A DNA stretch of 28,042 nt, from contig BAAFSQ010000127.1 in NCBI GenBank assembly GCA_054661495.1, positions 1 to 28,042 of the forward strand, given 5' to 3'. The notes beneath the pieces were generated by a model that was not told where the DNA came from, did no database searches, and saw only the letters and a program-made list of their open reading frames with translations. Source of the stretch: Zygophlyctis sp. KS116 (lineage: Eukaryota; Fungi; Chytridiomycota). The translations under genes and the position numbers were made by a program. How positions within the stretch are numbered: the stretch's first letter is position 1; every line of letters starts with the position of its first letter. Below, piece by piece: positions 10,674 to 22,744 of the stretch.

Positions 10674-13029
10674 ATGGAGCTACCCATCGCATCAGTTGTT
10701 GAAGGGCAAGATGAGCTTAAAGAGTATCAAGAGACTCAATACAATTTATTAATGCTTCAACAGTACTTTTATTTTACTTAAACAAAGGAAAAGAAATGAA
10801 TTGGAACAATTGAGAACATTGTTACAGGTCGCATTGGAGAGGTGGTTATACTTTTATTAACTGCCAGTGGGGATATGGAAACATTGGGACAATTAGGAGA
10901 TTTGATTCAGTCTTTGCCAGATGTACCAGACGTGTCCGAAAGTCAAGAGGCCGATAAAGATATGGAAAGTTTGTTTAAAAAACAAGTTGTACAACGGAAA
11001 CAGCTTGAAAATATGGAAAAGGAACAGGAAAATTTAAACAAGTATGCAGAAGAACATCGGGAGACATTGGCGCAAAAGCGTGGAAAGTTGCAGGAATTAC
11101 AGCTTAAACTCTCTGAAATAAAGTCTGAAGGTCCATGGACATCTACAGAGGCTCAAGTGGTAACATTGGTAAATCCTGATGGGCTTGATCGAAATATTTC
11201 AAATGTGACCTTGATTGATGAATCTTTCAATGTGGAAGATGAAGGTTTGGAAGAGGAGATGGTGGAAAATGAACTGTATTTGGAGGAACAAGAAAGATCT
11301 TTAAATGGTATTTTCTTGTTTTTGGGTTAAATCAAGAATTGAGACAGCGTATTGAAATGCTACAAAAAGTCAAGCAAGAATTGGAAATTGCTCAAAATGC
11401 AGATAATGAACAAATTGTTGTCAAGGAGAATAAAAACGCTCACGATGATGCAGATAACTCGGATGAAACTTTGGAGAGTCTTTTACGTAAATTGGCTTCT
11501 GCATCGATTGAAGACATAAAGGCTGCAGATTTTAATGTCGGCAAAAATTGCTCGCAGTTGGTTCAATTTTCTCAGAATGAATCTGAAGTTGTCGAAAAAG
11601 ATGAAAATCTTGCAGTCGAGGATGAAAATACCGAAGTAAATATAAGGGAAAGCATTTCGGTAAGTTTCACCTTTTTTTAATTGCAAAGCAAGCTAAACAG
11701 CATGTAAAGGATTTGGAAAGTGCCATATCTGCTACTAATAATATGGAGGAGAAGAAAGTTTACATGGAGTTGCATACAAAACTTTCTCAGCAGCTTTTAG
11801 AGCTAGTTGAAGTAGAGGTACTATTCAAATGAATTGAAATTCAATAGTCCAAATTAAATTACTACAGATCGATAATTAACTCAAATAATGAAGAAGATTC
11901 TCCTTTGCAGGATGCTTCCGAAGTAGTAATCAAAAAGCCAGAAGTACCGCTACAACCTGTATCTTCTATACCCCGAAATAACTCTATTCAATTAAATAAA
12001 ACCCCGCCAGTTAATTCTAATATGCATCAGTCTCAAATAGAATCGTTGGTAAATTCTAAGAGATCGGCTGCAACTGCATGGGGCGAAGTTTCCAAAGTGG
12101 AAAAAGGTAGTCAATTTTACGAATCCTCCAATTCTGAAAGCGGATCGGTTAATTATGGTTTAAAGCGATCTGAGAGCTCTTTTCTGCCCAGAAGAATTGT
12201 TTCGGGCGAATCTCGTCGTCCCACAAGCTCTATGGCAGCAGAAGGATCTTGGAAATCTGAAGCTAGCTCGACGAAAAGCAAAAGGTATTTAGAATTTTAT
12301 GATATTAGACTATTTGATTCTATGAAAAATGACATTTATCGCCACGCAGCATCACTAATTACCACGTTTGAAAACGAACCTTATTTTTTACTATCGTTTT
12401 TAAAAAGGGTTAGCAAGGTATATCATATTCGATAATATGTAGATTGACTCTTCCTATTTGAAGCAAAAGCTACTTGTTACGTTGGATAATTTACTGGAAG
12501 AAGAAGAACTTGAAGTACAATCTGCTGAAAGTGTAGATGAAGGATCCATTGACAAGAACTATTCAGAAACTATGAATACTGATTGTGAAATAATCATGAA
12601 AGTAACTTATCATAATTCCTTATTACCATAGAGCCGAATTTCTGAATTTCTTATGGGCATGATTCAAGATTCTACTAGTCAAATCTTGAACGCATTTCAG
12701 CTTTCAAAGCTCAACTATTTTGTTTTAAGTCTAGTACAGAACATTCTCTATTCTACAATTAATGGATTAACAGAAGGTTCAGAAAACTTTGAAGATCGAT
12801 TAACTATTCTGATTGATTTACTGAAACCAGCATTAGATCAAAAGACTGAATTTTTCCAAGGAAAGCGTACATCGTCAGTTCAAGCTGAATTGTTGGCGAC
12901 CATTTTCGAAGAAATTCACCACGTTTGCGAAGATTGGGCTGGGTAATAATTTTAAATACTAATAACAGGTTCCTTGAATCCAACAATCGCTTTATTCGAT
13001 GGGAGCATTTCTCCAAGACCTCTCTTTAA
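10674..13029 (+). CDS. Coiled-coil protein with PCM1 C-terminal-like domain (candidate pericentriolar material 1 homologue)
   Basis: One frame after removing introns 10763-10787, 10842-10867, 11308-11336, 11660-11688, 11818-11847, 12418-12442, 12602-12631 and 12943-12968 (candidate 12285-12308). E/Q/K-rich coiled coils, an S-rich linker, then two blocks resembling the PCM1 C-terminus. The gene model is more certain than the orthology. Confidence 0.68.
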
Positions 13030-13120
13030 TTTCTCGAATGTTGAAAAAAAGAAATGATTAGTAGTATTTAAAACTATTTTATTTCTATTATAAGTATTCT
13101 AAAAATCGAGTTTAAAAGAG

Positions 13121-13774
13121 TTAAATTGAGTTTCTAAAACTTACCAAACACGATTTCCAACCAGGAAGACCACAAAAATATCCAACAAGGAAGTATAGTC
13201 CGAAAATAGAACCAGCAATCATAATTACAACCAATTTGGTATTTTTCCACCACATTGCTCTTCGAAGAGCAGTTGATCTCTTTTTGAAAGCAAAAGAAGC
13301 CTGATTAAGATTATCTGTCTTATCTACCAATATTTCCAAGGCTTCTCCTCGTTCCAATACTTTCTCAATATTGGTAACCATGACTTCTTTAACCGATTCA
13401 ATCTCTCCTTTGACTTGATGAAACTTGTCATTATTAGAAAAGAATATCATTTGCTGTTCCAAGACTGAATGAAAATCATTAAGTGCATAACTCTCTGCAG
13501 TCTGCGCACGGGAGCCATACTTTAATTTAAATTTAGCAGAAACATCTGTTAAAAATTCAAACGGAATCCTTCTTCCAAACTCTTGAAATGCAACAACCAT
13601 AAAAACACACCCGTCCTGGGTCATTGTATGAAAATAGTAACGATCATGCTGAAAAGTACATTTGACATCATTAATCTTTGGAATAATTTGGATAGCTATA
13701 GAAGCAAAGTTTCCTGCGGTGGATGCATGCTCTGCGAGAATTGTAGGCCCTCTAGACACTAAAGCGTACAACAT
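13121..13774 (-). CDS. VAMP7: Longin R-SNARE, VAMP7 family
   Basis: Longin domain (LYALVSRGPTILAEH...FGRRIPFEFL), R-SNARE motif NIEKVLERGE...LVDKTDNL, MWWKN and a C-terminal TM helix. Single exon. Confidence 0.93.
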   Translation of the reverse strand: MLYALVSRGPTILAEHASTAGNFASIAIQIIPKINDVKCTFQHDRYYFHTMTQDGCVFMVVAFQEFGRRIPFEFLTDVSAKFKLKYGSRAQTAESYALNDFHSVLEQQMIFFSNNDKFHQVKGEIESVKEVMVTNIEKVLERGEALEILVDKTDNLNQASFAFKKRSTALRRAMWWKNTKLVVIMIAGSIFGLYFLVGYFCGLPGWKSCLVSFRNSI

Positions 13775-13856
13775 AGGTTAGATTTTGTTAGACAACGCGA
13801 ATTAATCTCTTCGACGCTCAATTTAATCAAACTTTTCATTTATTCATGCTCAATAT

Positions 13857-16800
13857 TCAACTGTTTTCCTCATTCTGCAGAGGAACTTCATTAGCATAAT
13901 CAGTTTGGATTCCAACTCCAACTAATCCTGCTGCAGATCTTGATGCCAGAAATTCCACTGGACGGCGTTCAATTCCACCTGTAATAGGAAGGCGAGTAGA
14001 TCCTGTTAAATATAAGTCAATTTCTCGTGCTGCTTGTCGTCCCTCATCAATACCCCATACAATCAGTGATTGACCACGATGACAGTCTCCAGCTGCAAAG
14101 ATTCCAGGAACAGAAGTTGCATATTTTCCTTTGGTAGTTTCAATGTTTGATTTCTGATCTGTAGACACAGCCAACTGAGAAATTAATTCTTTTTCAGGGC
14201 CTAAGAAGCCCATTGCAAGTAATACTAAATCTGCTGGATAGAATTTTTCAGAATTTTCAATTTGAACCATTTTCCAATTTCCTTCTTCGTTTTTAACCCA
14301 CTCGACAGAGACTGTGTTTATACCTTTGACTGCTCCATCGCCATTAGACACAAATTCTTTAGATAGAACACAATACTCTCTAGGATCCTTATTATATAAT
14401 GCTTCTGCCTCTGCATGGCCATAGTCAACTCGGAATATACGTGGGAATTGTGGCCATGGATTATCAGCTGCGCGTTTTGAAGGAGGTTTTGGAAGTAATT
14501 CAAAATTGATTACACTCTTTGCTCCTGCTAATTAGATCGAGAATAAGTTACCATGTCTAATTGAAGTTCCAATGCAATCAGTGCCAGTGTCTCCTCCTCC
14601 AATGACGATTACATTTTTTCCTTTTGCATTCAAATAATTCCCATCTGAAAGATTTGAATTTAATAGCGATTTTGTGTTTTGCTGGAGAAATTCCATTGCA
14701 AAATGAATTCCATCCAGATTGCGATTTGGAATAGGCAGGTCTCGGGGCCAAGTGGATCCTATCGCCAAGAGAATAATATCATTTCTGGAACGAACAGTTT
14801 TTGCATCAACATTTTTTCCTACATGTGCATTATTTATAAACTTAATGCCTTCCGCTTCCATCAAATCAATTCTTCGCTGTACAATTTTCTTGTCCAATTT
14901 CATGTTTGGAATCCCATAAACTAGAAGCCCTCCAAATCTATCATTTCTCTCATATACAGTACAATAATGACCAGCCTTATTAAGTTGATCAGCCGCTGCC
15001 AAACCTGCAGGACCAGATCCAATAATTGCAATATGCTTTCCCGTTCTCACTGAAGGAGGCTTTGGCTGCATCCAACCTTCTTCAAAACCTCTATCAATAA
15101 TTGCGCATTCGATGCTTTTAATAGAAACAGGTAATTCATTTATACCCAATACACATGAGCCTTCACATGGTGCTGGACAAACGCGGCCAGTGAATTCTGG
15201 GAAATTATTTGTTAGCAAAAGACGTTCCAATGCTTGCTTCCATTGATTAGAAAATACAAGTTCATTCCATAGAGGAATTACATTTCCGATCGGACAGCCA
15301 GTGTCAGATTGGCAAAATGGTACACCACAATCTACCATGAAATAAAAATAATATACCCATGCAACGAGCCGCCTGAACTTTCAGCTCATTGGTATTTAAA
15401 CGAGCATTGACTTCTTTCCAATCCTTAATTCTTTTAAGTGGGTTACGGTATTTGTCTGTTTGGCGTTGATACTTCATAAAGCCCTTCATTTTGTCAAGGT
15501 TTTTCAAATCGACAGATTTATTCATTCCACCATCCTCAATATCAGCGATTTTCGGTTCATTTACTGTCACAGGGCTAGATTCAGAACGTTTTTGTTCCTG
15601 GACTCTTTTAATTTGGCTTAAAAGGACCGCTTTATAGTCCTTCGGGAAGACTTTAACAAAGAACTTGATTTTTTCTGAATAATCCTCCAATACTCGTTTT
15701 GCAATCCCAGAGCCGGTGTAGTTACGATGATCTTGAATAACGGATCTCAACCATTCAATCTCTTTAGGGTCTGTCATCCTATCTAAATCAACCATTTCCA
15801 TATTGCATTTAGATTTGAAGTCACGTTTTTCATCGAGGATATATGCAATTCCTCCACTCATTCCAGCGGCAAAGTTTCGACCTGTAGATCCTAGAATGAT
15901 TGTCCTTCCTCCGGTCATATATTCACATCCATGATCACCAACTCCTTCAACGACAGCTAATGCACCAGAATTTCTAACACAAAATCGTTCTGCAGCTATA
16001 CCGCTGAAAAATGCATTCCCAGACGTAGCACCATACAAACATACATTCCCGACGATTATGTTATTTTCTGCCTTAAATCTTGACTGTTTTGAAGGATAGA
16101 CAATAATTGTACCCCCTGATAATCCTTTACCAACGTAGTCATTTGAATCACCCTCCAGTTCAATTGTAATTCCCGAAGCGAGAAAGGCTCCAAGAGACTG
16201 ACCTGCAGAACCAGAAAGTAATATATGAATCGTGTTAGGAGGCAATCCATATTCCCCAAACCTTTTTGAGACTTCAAAAGAAAGAGTAGCTCCAATAGTT
16301 CTATCTGTATTCACTACAGAATGTTTAATGGTTACTGGCTGTTTGGAAGTAAGGGCGGGCTGACTATATTGAATCAGCTTGTTATCCAGCCTTAAATTTA
16401 ATAAGTGATCTTGTTTCATTATATTATGAGTAGGAGCCCCCGGTCTAAGCGAAAACGCTGGAGTAAGAAGAGGTGCTAAATCTAAATTTCTAGTCTTTGG
16501 ATTTCGAAGCGCATCATTCACTACCAAAAGATCTGCTCTGCCCACCATTTCATCGATTGAGCGAAAACCTAAACGAGCCATGTAATTTCGAAGCTCTTCT
16601 GCAACAAAATAAAAGAAATTGATAACATTTTCCGGTGAACCCTCAAATTTTTTACGTAAAATCGGGTCCTGAGTGGCTATTCCTACCGGACAAGTATTCA
16701 AATGGCATTTGCGCATCATAATGCATCCCATTGCTATTAATGGAGTGGTAGCAAATCCCCATTCTTCGGCACCTAAAAGACATGCGATGGCAACATCTCT

Positions 16801-19800
16801 CCCTGTCTTAATACCACCATCTGTTTGAAGAACAACACGACCTCTTAAGTTATTCAATACTAGAGTTTGGTGAGTTTCCGCTAGTCCTAACTCCCATGGC
16901 AGACCTGCATGCTTAATACCAGTCCATCTGGATGCTCCCGTTCCTCCATCATGTCCAGAAATGAGTATGTGATCCGCTCTAGCTTTTGCCACGCCGGAAG
17001 CAATAATTCCTACTCCTACCTCCGAAACAAGCTTGACAGAAACTCTTGCATTTGGATTGGAACACTTTAAATCATAAATCAACTGCTTTAGATCTTCAAT
17101 TGAGTATATATCATGGTGAGGAGGAGGACTAATAAGTCCAACACCAGGTGTAGATTTACGCGTTTTGGCGATGCCTTCTGATACTTTATAGCCCGGAAGC
17201 TCTCCACCCTCTCCTGGTTTTGCTCCTTGGGCCATTTTGATTTGCAACTCATCTGCATCCGAAAGATAATAACTTGTTACCCCGAAACGCCCTGAGGCAA
17301 CCTGCTTTATTGCAGATCTTTTGGATGATCCGTCTGCTTCTTTTATTGATCTCTCTGGATCTTCTCCACCTTCTCCAGTGTTTGATTTACCACCTAGCTT
17401 ATTCATGGCAACGGCTAGAGCAGCATGAGACTCCAAAGAAATGGATCCATAGGACATGGCACCAGTTACAAATCGTTTTACTATAGATGTCCACGGTTCA
17501 ACTTGATTAAGAGGAACCGGCGTAGCTTCTTCAAATTTAAAATCCAGTAGTCCACGTAAGGTAGATGTTCTGATTTCCTGATATATTTGATCGGAATATT
17601 TATCATATGCCGTCTGGTTTTTTCTGCGAACAGCATCTTGAAGGGAGGATACACTTGAGGGATGATTAATATGATTTTCACCACCTTTTCTCCAATGAAA
17701 ATCTCCAGGATCTGGGAGAGCCTTTGGAATCCCGACTGATCTTGAAGGAAATGCCAAAGCATGAAGTGTGAGAGCATCATATGCCAAAATATCAAAACCG
17801 ATTCCTCTGATACGAGACGCTGTACCAGCAAAGCATTTATCAATCACTGGAGCATCAAGTCCAAGAGCCTCAAAAATCTGGGCTCCTTTATAACTTTGTA
17901 GAGTGGATATCCCCATCTTAGACATAACTTTTTTTATTCCATTATTTGCAGCAGTGATATAGTTACTTTGGATCTAATTATATTATATATTTTAAAATAC
18001 CTTTTCTAATGGCAAATCTCCCCTGAGGAGTCCCTCACGCTTCAATTTCAGCATCGCATCCAAGGCCAGATACGGACAAACTATTTTTAAATATAATAAA
18101 AAATACCTGCATCTGCTCCATATCCCAATAGAACACAAAATTGATGAACTTCCCTCGCCTCTCCGGTTTCAACAACCAAAGCTATGCGCGATCGAAGTTT
18201 TAACTTGACAAGATGATGATGCACGGCACCAAGAGCAGCAAGCGCTGAAATAGGAACTTTTAGAGCAGATACATTAAAATCAGTCAGAATAGCAATTTTA
18301 TAGCCTTCATGTATAGCCTCTTCAACATTTAAGCATATGGCATCCAAAGCTGAGACATAACCATTTACTCCTTGAGATTTTGCGAAAGTTATATCGATTT
18401 CAGCCACTCTCCATTCCGAGTCATAAACATCTATATTCCGCAAAAATTGCAATTCATCAACAGATAATATTGGAGAATATAATCTTAAACGGCGACATTG
18501 ACTAGGATGCAGTTCCAAAATATTTCCCATCGGCCCAGTATAGCAAGCCAGTGACATCACAACTTCTTCTCGTATTGGATCTATTGGTGGATTGGTCACT
18601 TGTGCAAATAATTGCTTAAAATAATCGTAGATCATTCGGGGACTCATTGACAAACAAGCCAGCGCAGTGTCATTGCCCATGGATCCAAGAGGCTCCTTAC
18701 CAGTGTCCATCTAAATTTAAGTTTAATAGTTTTACCATTGGTTTCACAATCATATTGAGATGCTCTAAATTAAATCCAAACGTCAACATTCTTATATCAC
18801 TTAAAAGGGGCAATTCATCTACAGTGCGATGTCGATAACGTCCAGAAAGAATGACAGATTCCTTGACAGCCTGTAAAGTAATCCGATAATCTTCAACCCA
18901 GCGACTGTATGGCCGTCTCCTAGAAACGGTCATCTTAAGCTCTTCATCATCCACTACACGACCTTCTAGTGTATCTACCAGAAGCATTTTTCCGGGCTGG
19001 AGACGCCCCTTTGAAACAACAGTTTCAGGTGAAATATTTAATGTTCCTACTTCAGAGGCACACACCATAATGTCTCCCTCAAGAATATAAACTCTGCATG
19101 GACGTAATCCATTCCGATCCAAGGATGCCCCAATATAACGCCCATCAGAGAACGTAAAAAGAGCAGGACCATCCCAAGCCTCCATTAAGCATGATGACCA
19201 CTCGTAGAAAGCTTTCTTACTTGGGTCCATATCATGTTGATTTTGCCATGCCTCTGGAATCATCATCATAACTGCTTCTGGTAGAGTCACAACCCCATTT
19301 ACAACCAGCAGTTCTAAAACATTATCAAAAGCAGCAGAATCTGAACCTCCAGGTTCAATAATAGGATAAAGAGAACCCAATAAATTTCTAAACTTTGCAC
19401 TTTTCATGACTCCTTCTCTTGCCGTCATCCAATTCTTATTTCCTCTAAGCGTGTTTATTTCCCCTATTTCTTTTAATATCTTAAATTACCATTATGTGCA
19501 GACCATCTCATTGGCTGAGCTCTATCCCATGAAGGAAAGGTATTTGTAGAGTATCTTGAATGAACCAAACAAAAATGAGAAATATATTCCTTATTTTGCA
19601 AATCTGGAAAGTAAGAATACACCTGAACTGGAGCAAGTAATCCTTTATAAACAATAGTTTTTGAATTTAAAGAACAAATATAGAATCCTTTTTGAGAAGA
19701 AATTCTATGCGTAGCTCTTTTACAAAGAATATATAATTGTTTTTGAAATCTAAAATTATTTTTCCAAATTATACCCAATTTCATCAAATTCAGACTCTGA

Positions 19801-20283
19801 AGCTGCCGCCTGATTTGAACCCGCCCAAGTCACAAAAGGCTGAACAATCTTTGGCTGTTTAGCCAACGCAACAGGTCCTAAAATTTCTGGATTTACAGGA
19901 ACCGATCTCCAATGAATAATTGATAGACCCAACTGATGAGCAATCTCTACAAATTTCGCTTGAGAATCTCTAAATATTGTCGGATCTTGATTCATAAAGA
20001 TATTACCAACTGCATATCTATCTGGCACCAATTGCGGAAGTAACTTTTGAAAGAATGAATGAGGAACAGCCGTCATTACTCCAGCGCCATCACCGTCTCT
20101 TGCGTCCGCCCCTTCAGCACCTCTATGCGTCATATTACATAATATAGACTGCCCCTTATAAACGATTGAATGAGAAGGCACACCTTTAATTTGCGTGATA
20201 AATCCCACACCACAAGAATCTTTTTCAAATTCTGGAAGATATAGACCCTGTTTTTCAGGAATAGCATCTGCCCAACTGACCAT
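13857..20283 (-). CDS. GLT1: NADH-dependent glutamate synthase (fused alpha/beta GOGAT)
   Basis: Motifs [62 protein letters not shown]|[14 protein letters not shown] and GGGDTGTDC. Introns: 19750-19774, 19464-19489, 18711-18735, 18081-18106, 17974-18000, 15332-15356, 14525-14551. Confidence 0.98.
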
Positions 20284-20442
20284 TTATTTTTAATTTTCTC
20301 TGAAAAACTCAAAAATTTTCTGCTTTGAAATTGGAATTTGCCGCTTGATATTTTGATATTACAGGGATCCGATCAAAAAGAACTGTCCGGACGACTTTAG
20401 CCCTTTGTTGTTAACCCTCAATCCAGCCCCAAGACTAGAAGA

Positions 20443-22017
20443 ATGAACTTTTTATCTCCATTTAGAATCTTTAATGCATCATATGCTTCTGCATCTCAAA
20501 AGTTTAAAAGGACAAATATGCCAAAAACTCATAGATCATCATCTGTTTTTACATTTTCTACAAAATTTCCTAGACAGAACAATCCAAAAAAACCTATACA
20601 AAAGAAAAAATCAGTTCAATTTAATCACAAGCAAAATCTAAAAGTGATTTTACAGAAACAAGATGATCATGATTTAAAGTTTTCTCTTTTCAAGCCTCTG
20701 GCCACTGATAAACCACAAACACTGGGGTTAGGTGTAGAGGAAAATAAGCTTTTGTCTCCAGAGTTGAAAGAGGCACTTTTAAATCACTTTAAATTTAAAA
20801 ATCTGGTTCAAATTCAATTTGATGCATTAAAGAAATTTAGAGATGATAAAGATTTAATTATAGCTTCAGAAACAGGATCAGGGAAAACTTTGGCGTATTT
20901 ATTGCCAATTTTTCAGGAATTAAAAAAAGAAGAAAATAATGGTTTGTCTGAAAATTTAGAGGATTCTAATGAAAATTTAAATAATTTAGAGGAAATTAAT
21001 AATCATATTTCTGGGATTTTGGAGGATGGGAGTCTAATAGGAATGGAGACTGGTCTCGCAGGTTTAAGAAAAGTAAGGCAGCCTAGGGCCATAATTTTGG
21101 TTCCTTCAAGGGAATTAGTTGTTCAGATTACAAAAGTTGCCAAATTCTTATCTCATTATTCTAAACTAGTAGTCTGTGGATTTCATTCAAAAATGGATCC
21201 AAAAACACTTAAAAGCAATTTAGACAAACCAATGGATATAATGATTACTACTCCTGGTTTATTGGGAAAATATGTATCAAACAGAGTATTTGGGTTTTCA
21301 AAAACGAGGTTTGTGGTATTGGATGAAGCAGATACTTTATTTGATGAAGGATTTTCAAAAGAATTAGAACCTGTTATTGATTCGATTCAAAAATCTGCAG
21401 AAAGTTCTCAAAATCCCGTAAAATTCGCTTTTGTTTCAGCAACTTTGCCCAGAAGAATATTGAAAAATATTTCTCAGAAATTTCCAATCACGGACAAAAT
21501 AATGACTGGAGGCTTGCATAAACCATTGCATGTTCAGCAATTTTTTTTAAGAATTGATTCATCAACTACAAAGCACAATTTACTACTGGAAACCCTTAAA
21601 TTTGAAGTTGTAAAGGAACCTAGAATCCTTATTTTCTGCAACACATTGAAGAGTTGTGAGCAAGTAACTGTATTTCTAAAGTCTAAAGGATATGATGCAT
21701 TTAATATTTCATCCTCTACTCTTATCCAGGATAGAATATCAATTTGGGACTCTTTTAAAAAGAAGGGATCTGTAAAAGATGGATGTACAATTGTTGTGAC
21801 AACTGATCTTGGTTCTAGAGGTATTGATACTCTACATTGTCGCTCAGTGATTCTATTTGATTTCCCACAAACTACAATTGACTATATTCATAGAGCCGGA
21901 AGAGTTGGAAGAATGGGACGACAAGGCAAAGTTGTATCATTTGTGGGTAGAAAAGATCGAAGATTGGCAGATAAAATACATTTAGCAGTTAGAAAACGTC
22001 AATTGTTAACTGAATAA
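20443..22017 (+). CDS. DEAD-box RNA helicase, probably mitochondrial Mrh4/DDX28-like
   Basis: Motifs ASETGSGKTLAYLLP, PSREL, DEAD, SAT, SRGID and HRAGRVGR, with a basic, acid-poor N-terminus resembling a presequence. Single exon. The helicase call is firm; the subfamily is inferred. Confidence 0.85.
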   Translation: MNFLSPFRIFNASYASASQKFKRTNMPKTHRSSSVFTFSTKFPRQNNPKKPIQKKKSVQFNHKQNLKVILQKQDDHDLKFSLFKPLATDKPQTLGLGVEENKLLSPELKEALLNHFKFKNLVQIQFDALKKFRDDKDLIIASETGSGKTLAYLLPIFQELKKEENNGLSENLEDSNENLNNLEEINNHISGILEDGSLIGMETGLAGLRKVRQPRAIILVPSRELVVQITKVAKFLSHYSKLVVCGFHSKMDPKTLKSNLDKPMDIMITTPGLLGKYVSNRVFGFSKTRFVVLDEADTLFDEGFSKELEPVIDSIQKSAESSQNPVKFAFVSATLPRRILKNISQKFPITDKIMTGGLHKPLHVQQFFLRIDSSTTKHNLLLETLKFEVVKEPRILIFCNTLKSCEQVTVFLKSKGYDAFNISSSTLIQDRISIWDSFKKKGSVKDGCTIVVTTDLGSRGIDTLHCRSVILFDFPQTTIDYIHRAGRVGRMGRQGKVVSFVGRKDRRLADKIHLAVRKRQLLTE

Positions 22018-22031
22018 AATATTTAGTTTTA

Positions 22032-22661
22032 TTACGTTTGCTTTTGAATTGGCAAGAATAATTTAAATTCAGGAGGTAATTCTTCCTCTGAATACAAACG
22101 ATCAGAAAAGTATATACGACGAATTCGGCAGTTGGCATGTATTTGAACTCTAAGAGTCTCAATATAATTTGTACCGTAGGCTCTGCGAGTGAAATCGGAC
22201 AAATTAAATTGAATCTGATTCCATCCATCATCAAGTCTCATTGGCATAGTACAAATAAAGGGCTTGACTCTAGTGGTGGACTAGAATGAGTGATCAAATA
22301 TTACCTGATAGTTTGAGGCTCTAAATCGTCTACGCACATTTTTATCATCAAGCACTTGGACTTCAAAGGTGAAATACTTTTTCAAGTTTTTGATGATCAT
22401 AACCAAAAATGGCAACTTGATTCCAAGAGTTCTGTTCTGCTGGGCAGGGCAGGTGATGTAGTTTGTACTTACATTGGTTCCGATGATTTCGAGAACTGAA
22501 GATTGTATGTCATTATCAGTAATCCGCTTGATATGCCCATTTCGGACCTTCTTATCCCAGATTTGCAATGGCTTTGATCCGATCGAATATAAAATAGATA
22601 GAAACCCAGACTAATGATTTTAAAAGGATTTTATTCTTACTTGAAAGGTATTTCTAAACAT
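22032..22661 (-). CDS. CFAP20: Cilia- and flagella-associated protein 20 (BUG22/FAP20)
   Basis: MFRNTFQ|[32 protein letters not shown]...RRFRASNYQ|[27 protein letters not shown]. Introns: 22611-22640, 22281-22304. Confidence 0.97.
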
Positions 22662-22744
22662 TTTTAGAATGGGGGTGACATCATCAGTTGTCCCAACTTA
22701 ACTTCCGAGACTTTTCGCGATGACTTAAAACACATTTACACAAC

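Noticed and set aside
1-20283. GDH2 and GLT1 as a glutamate-metabolism gene cluster
   Set aside because: They are about 12 kb apart with seven unrelated genes between them. Proximity is plausible by chance without synteny evidence.
22688-22698. GTTGTCCCAAC upstream of CFAP20 as an RFX X-box
   Set aside because: At 11 nt it is shorter than the 13-14-nt X-box consensus and the spacing does not fit.
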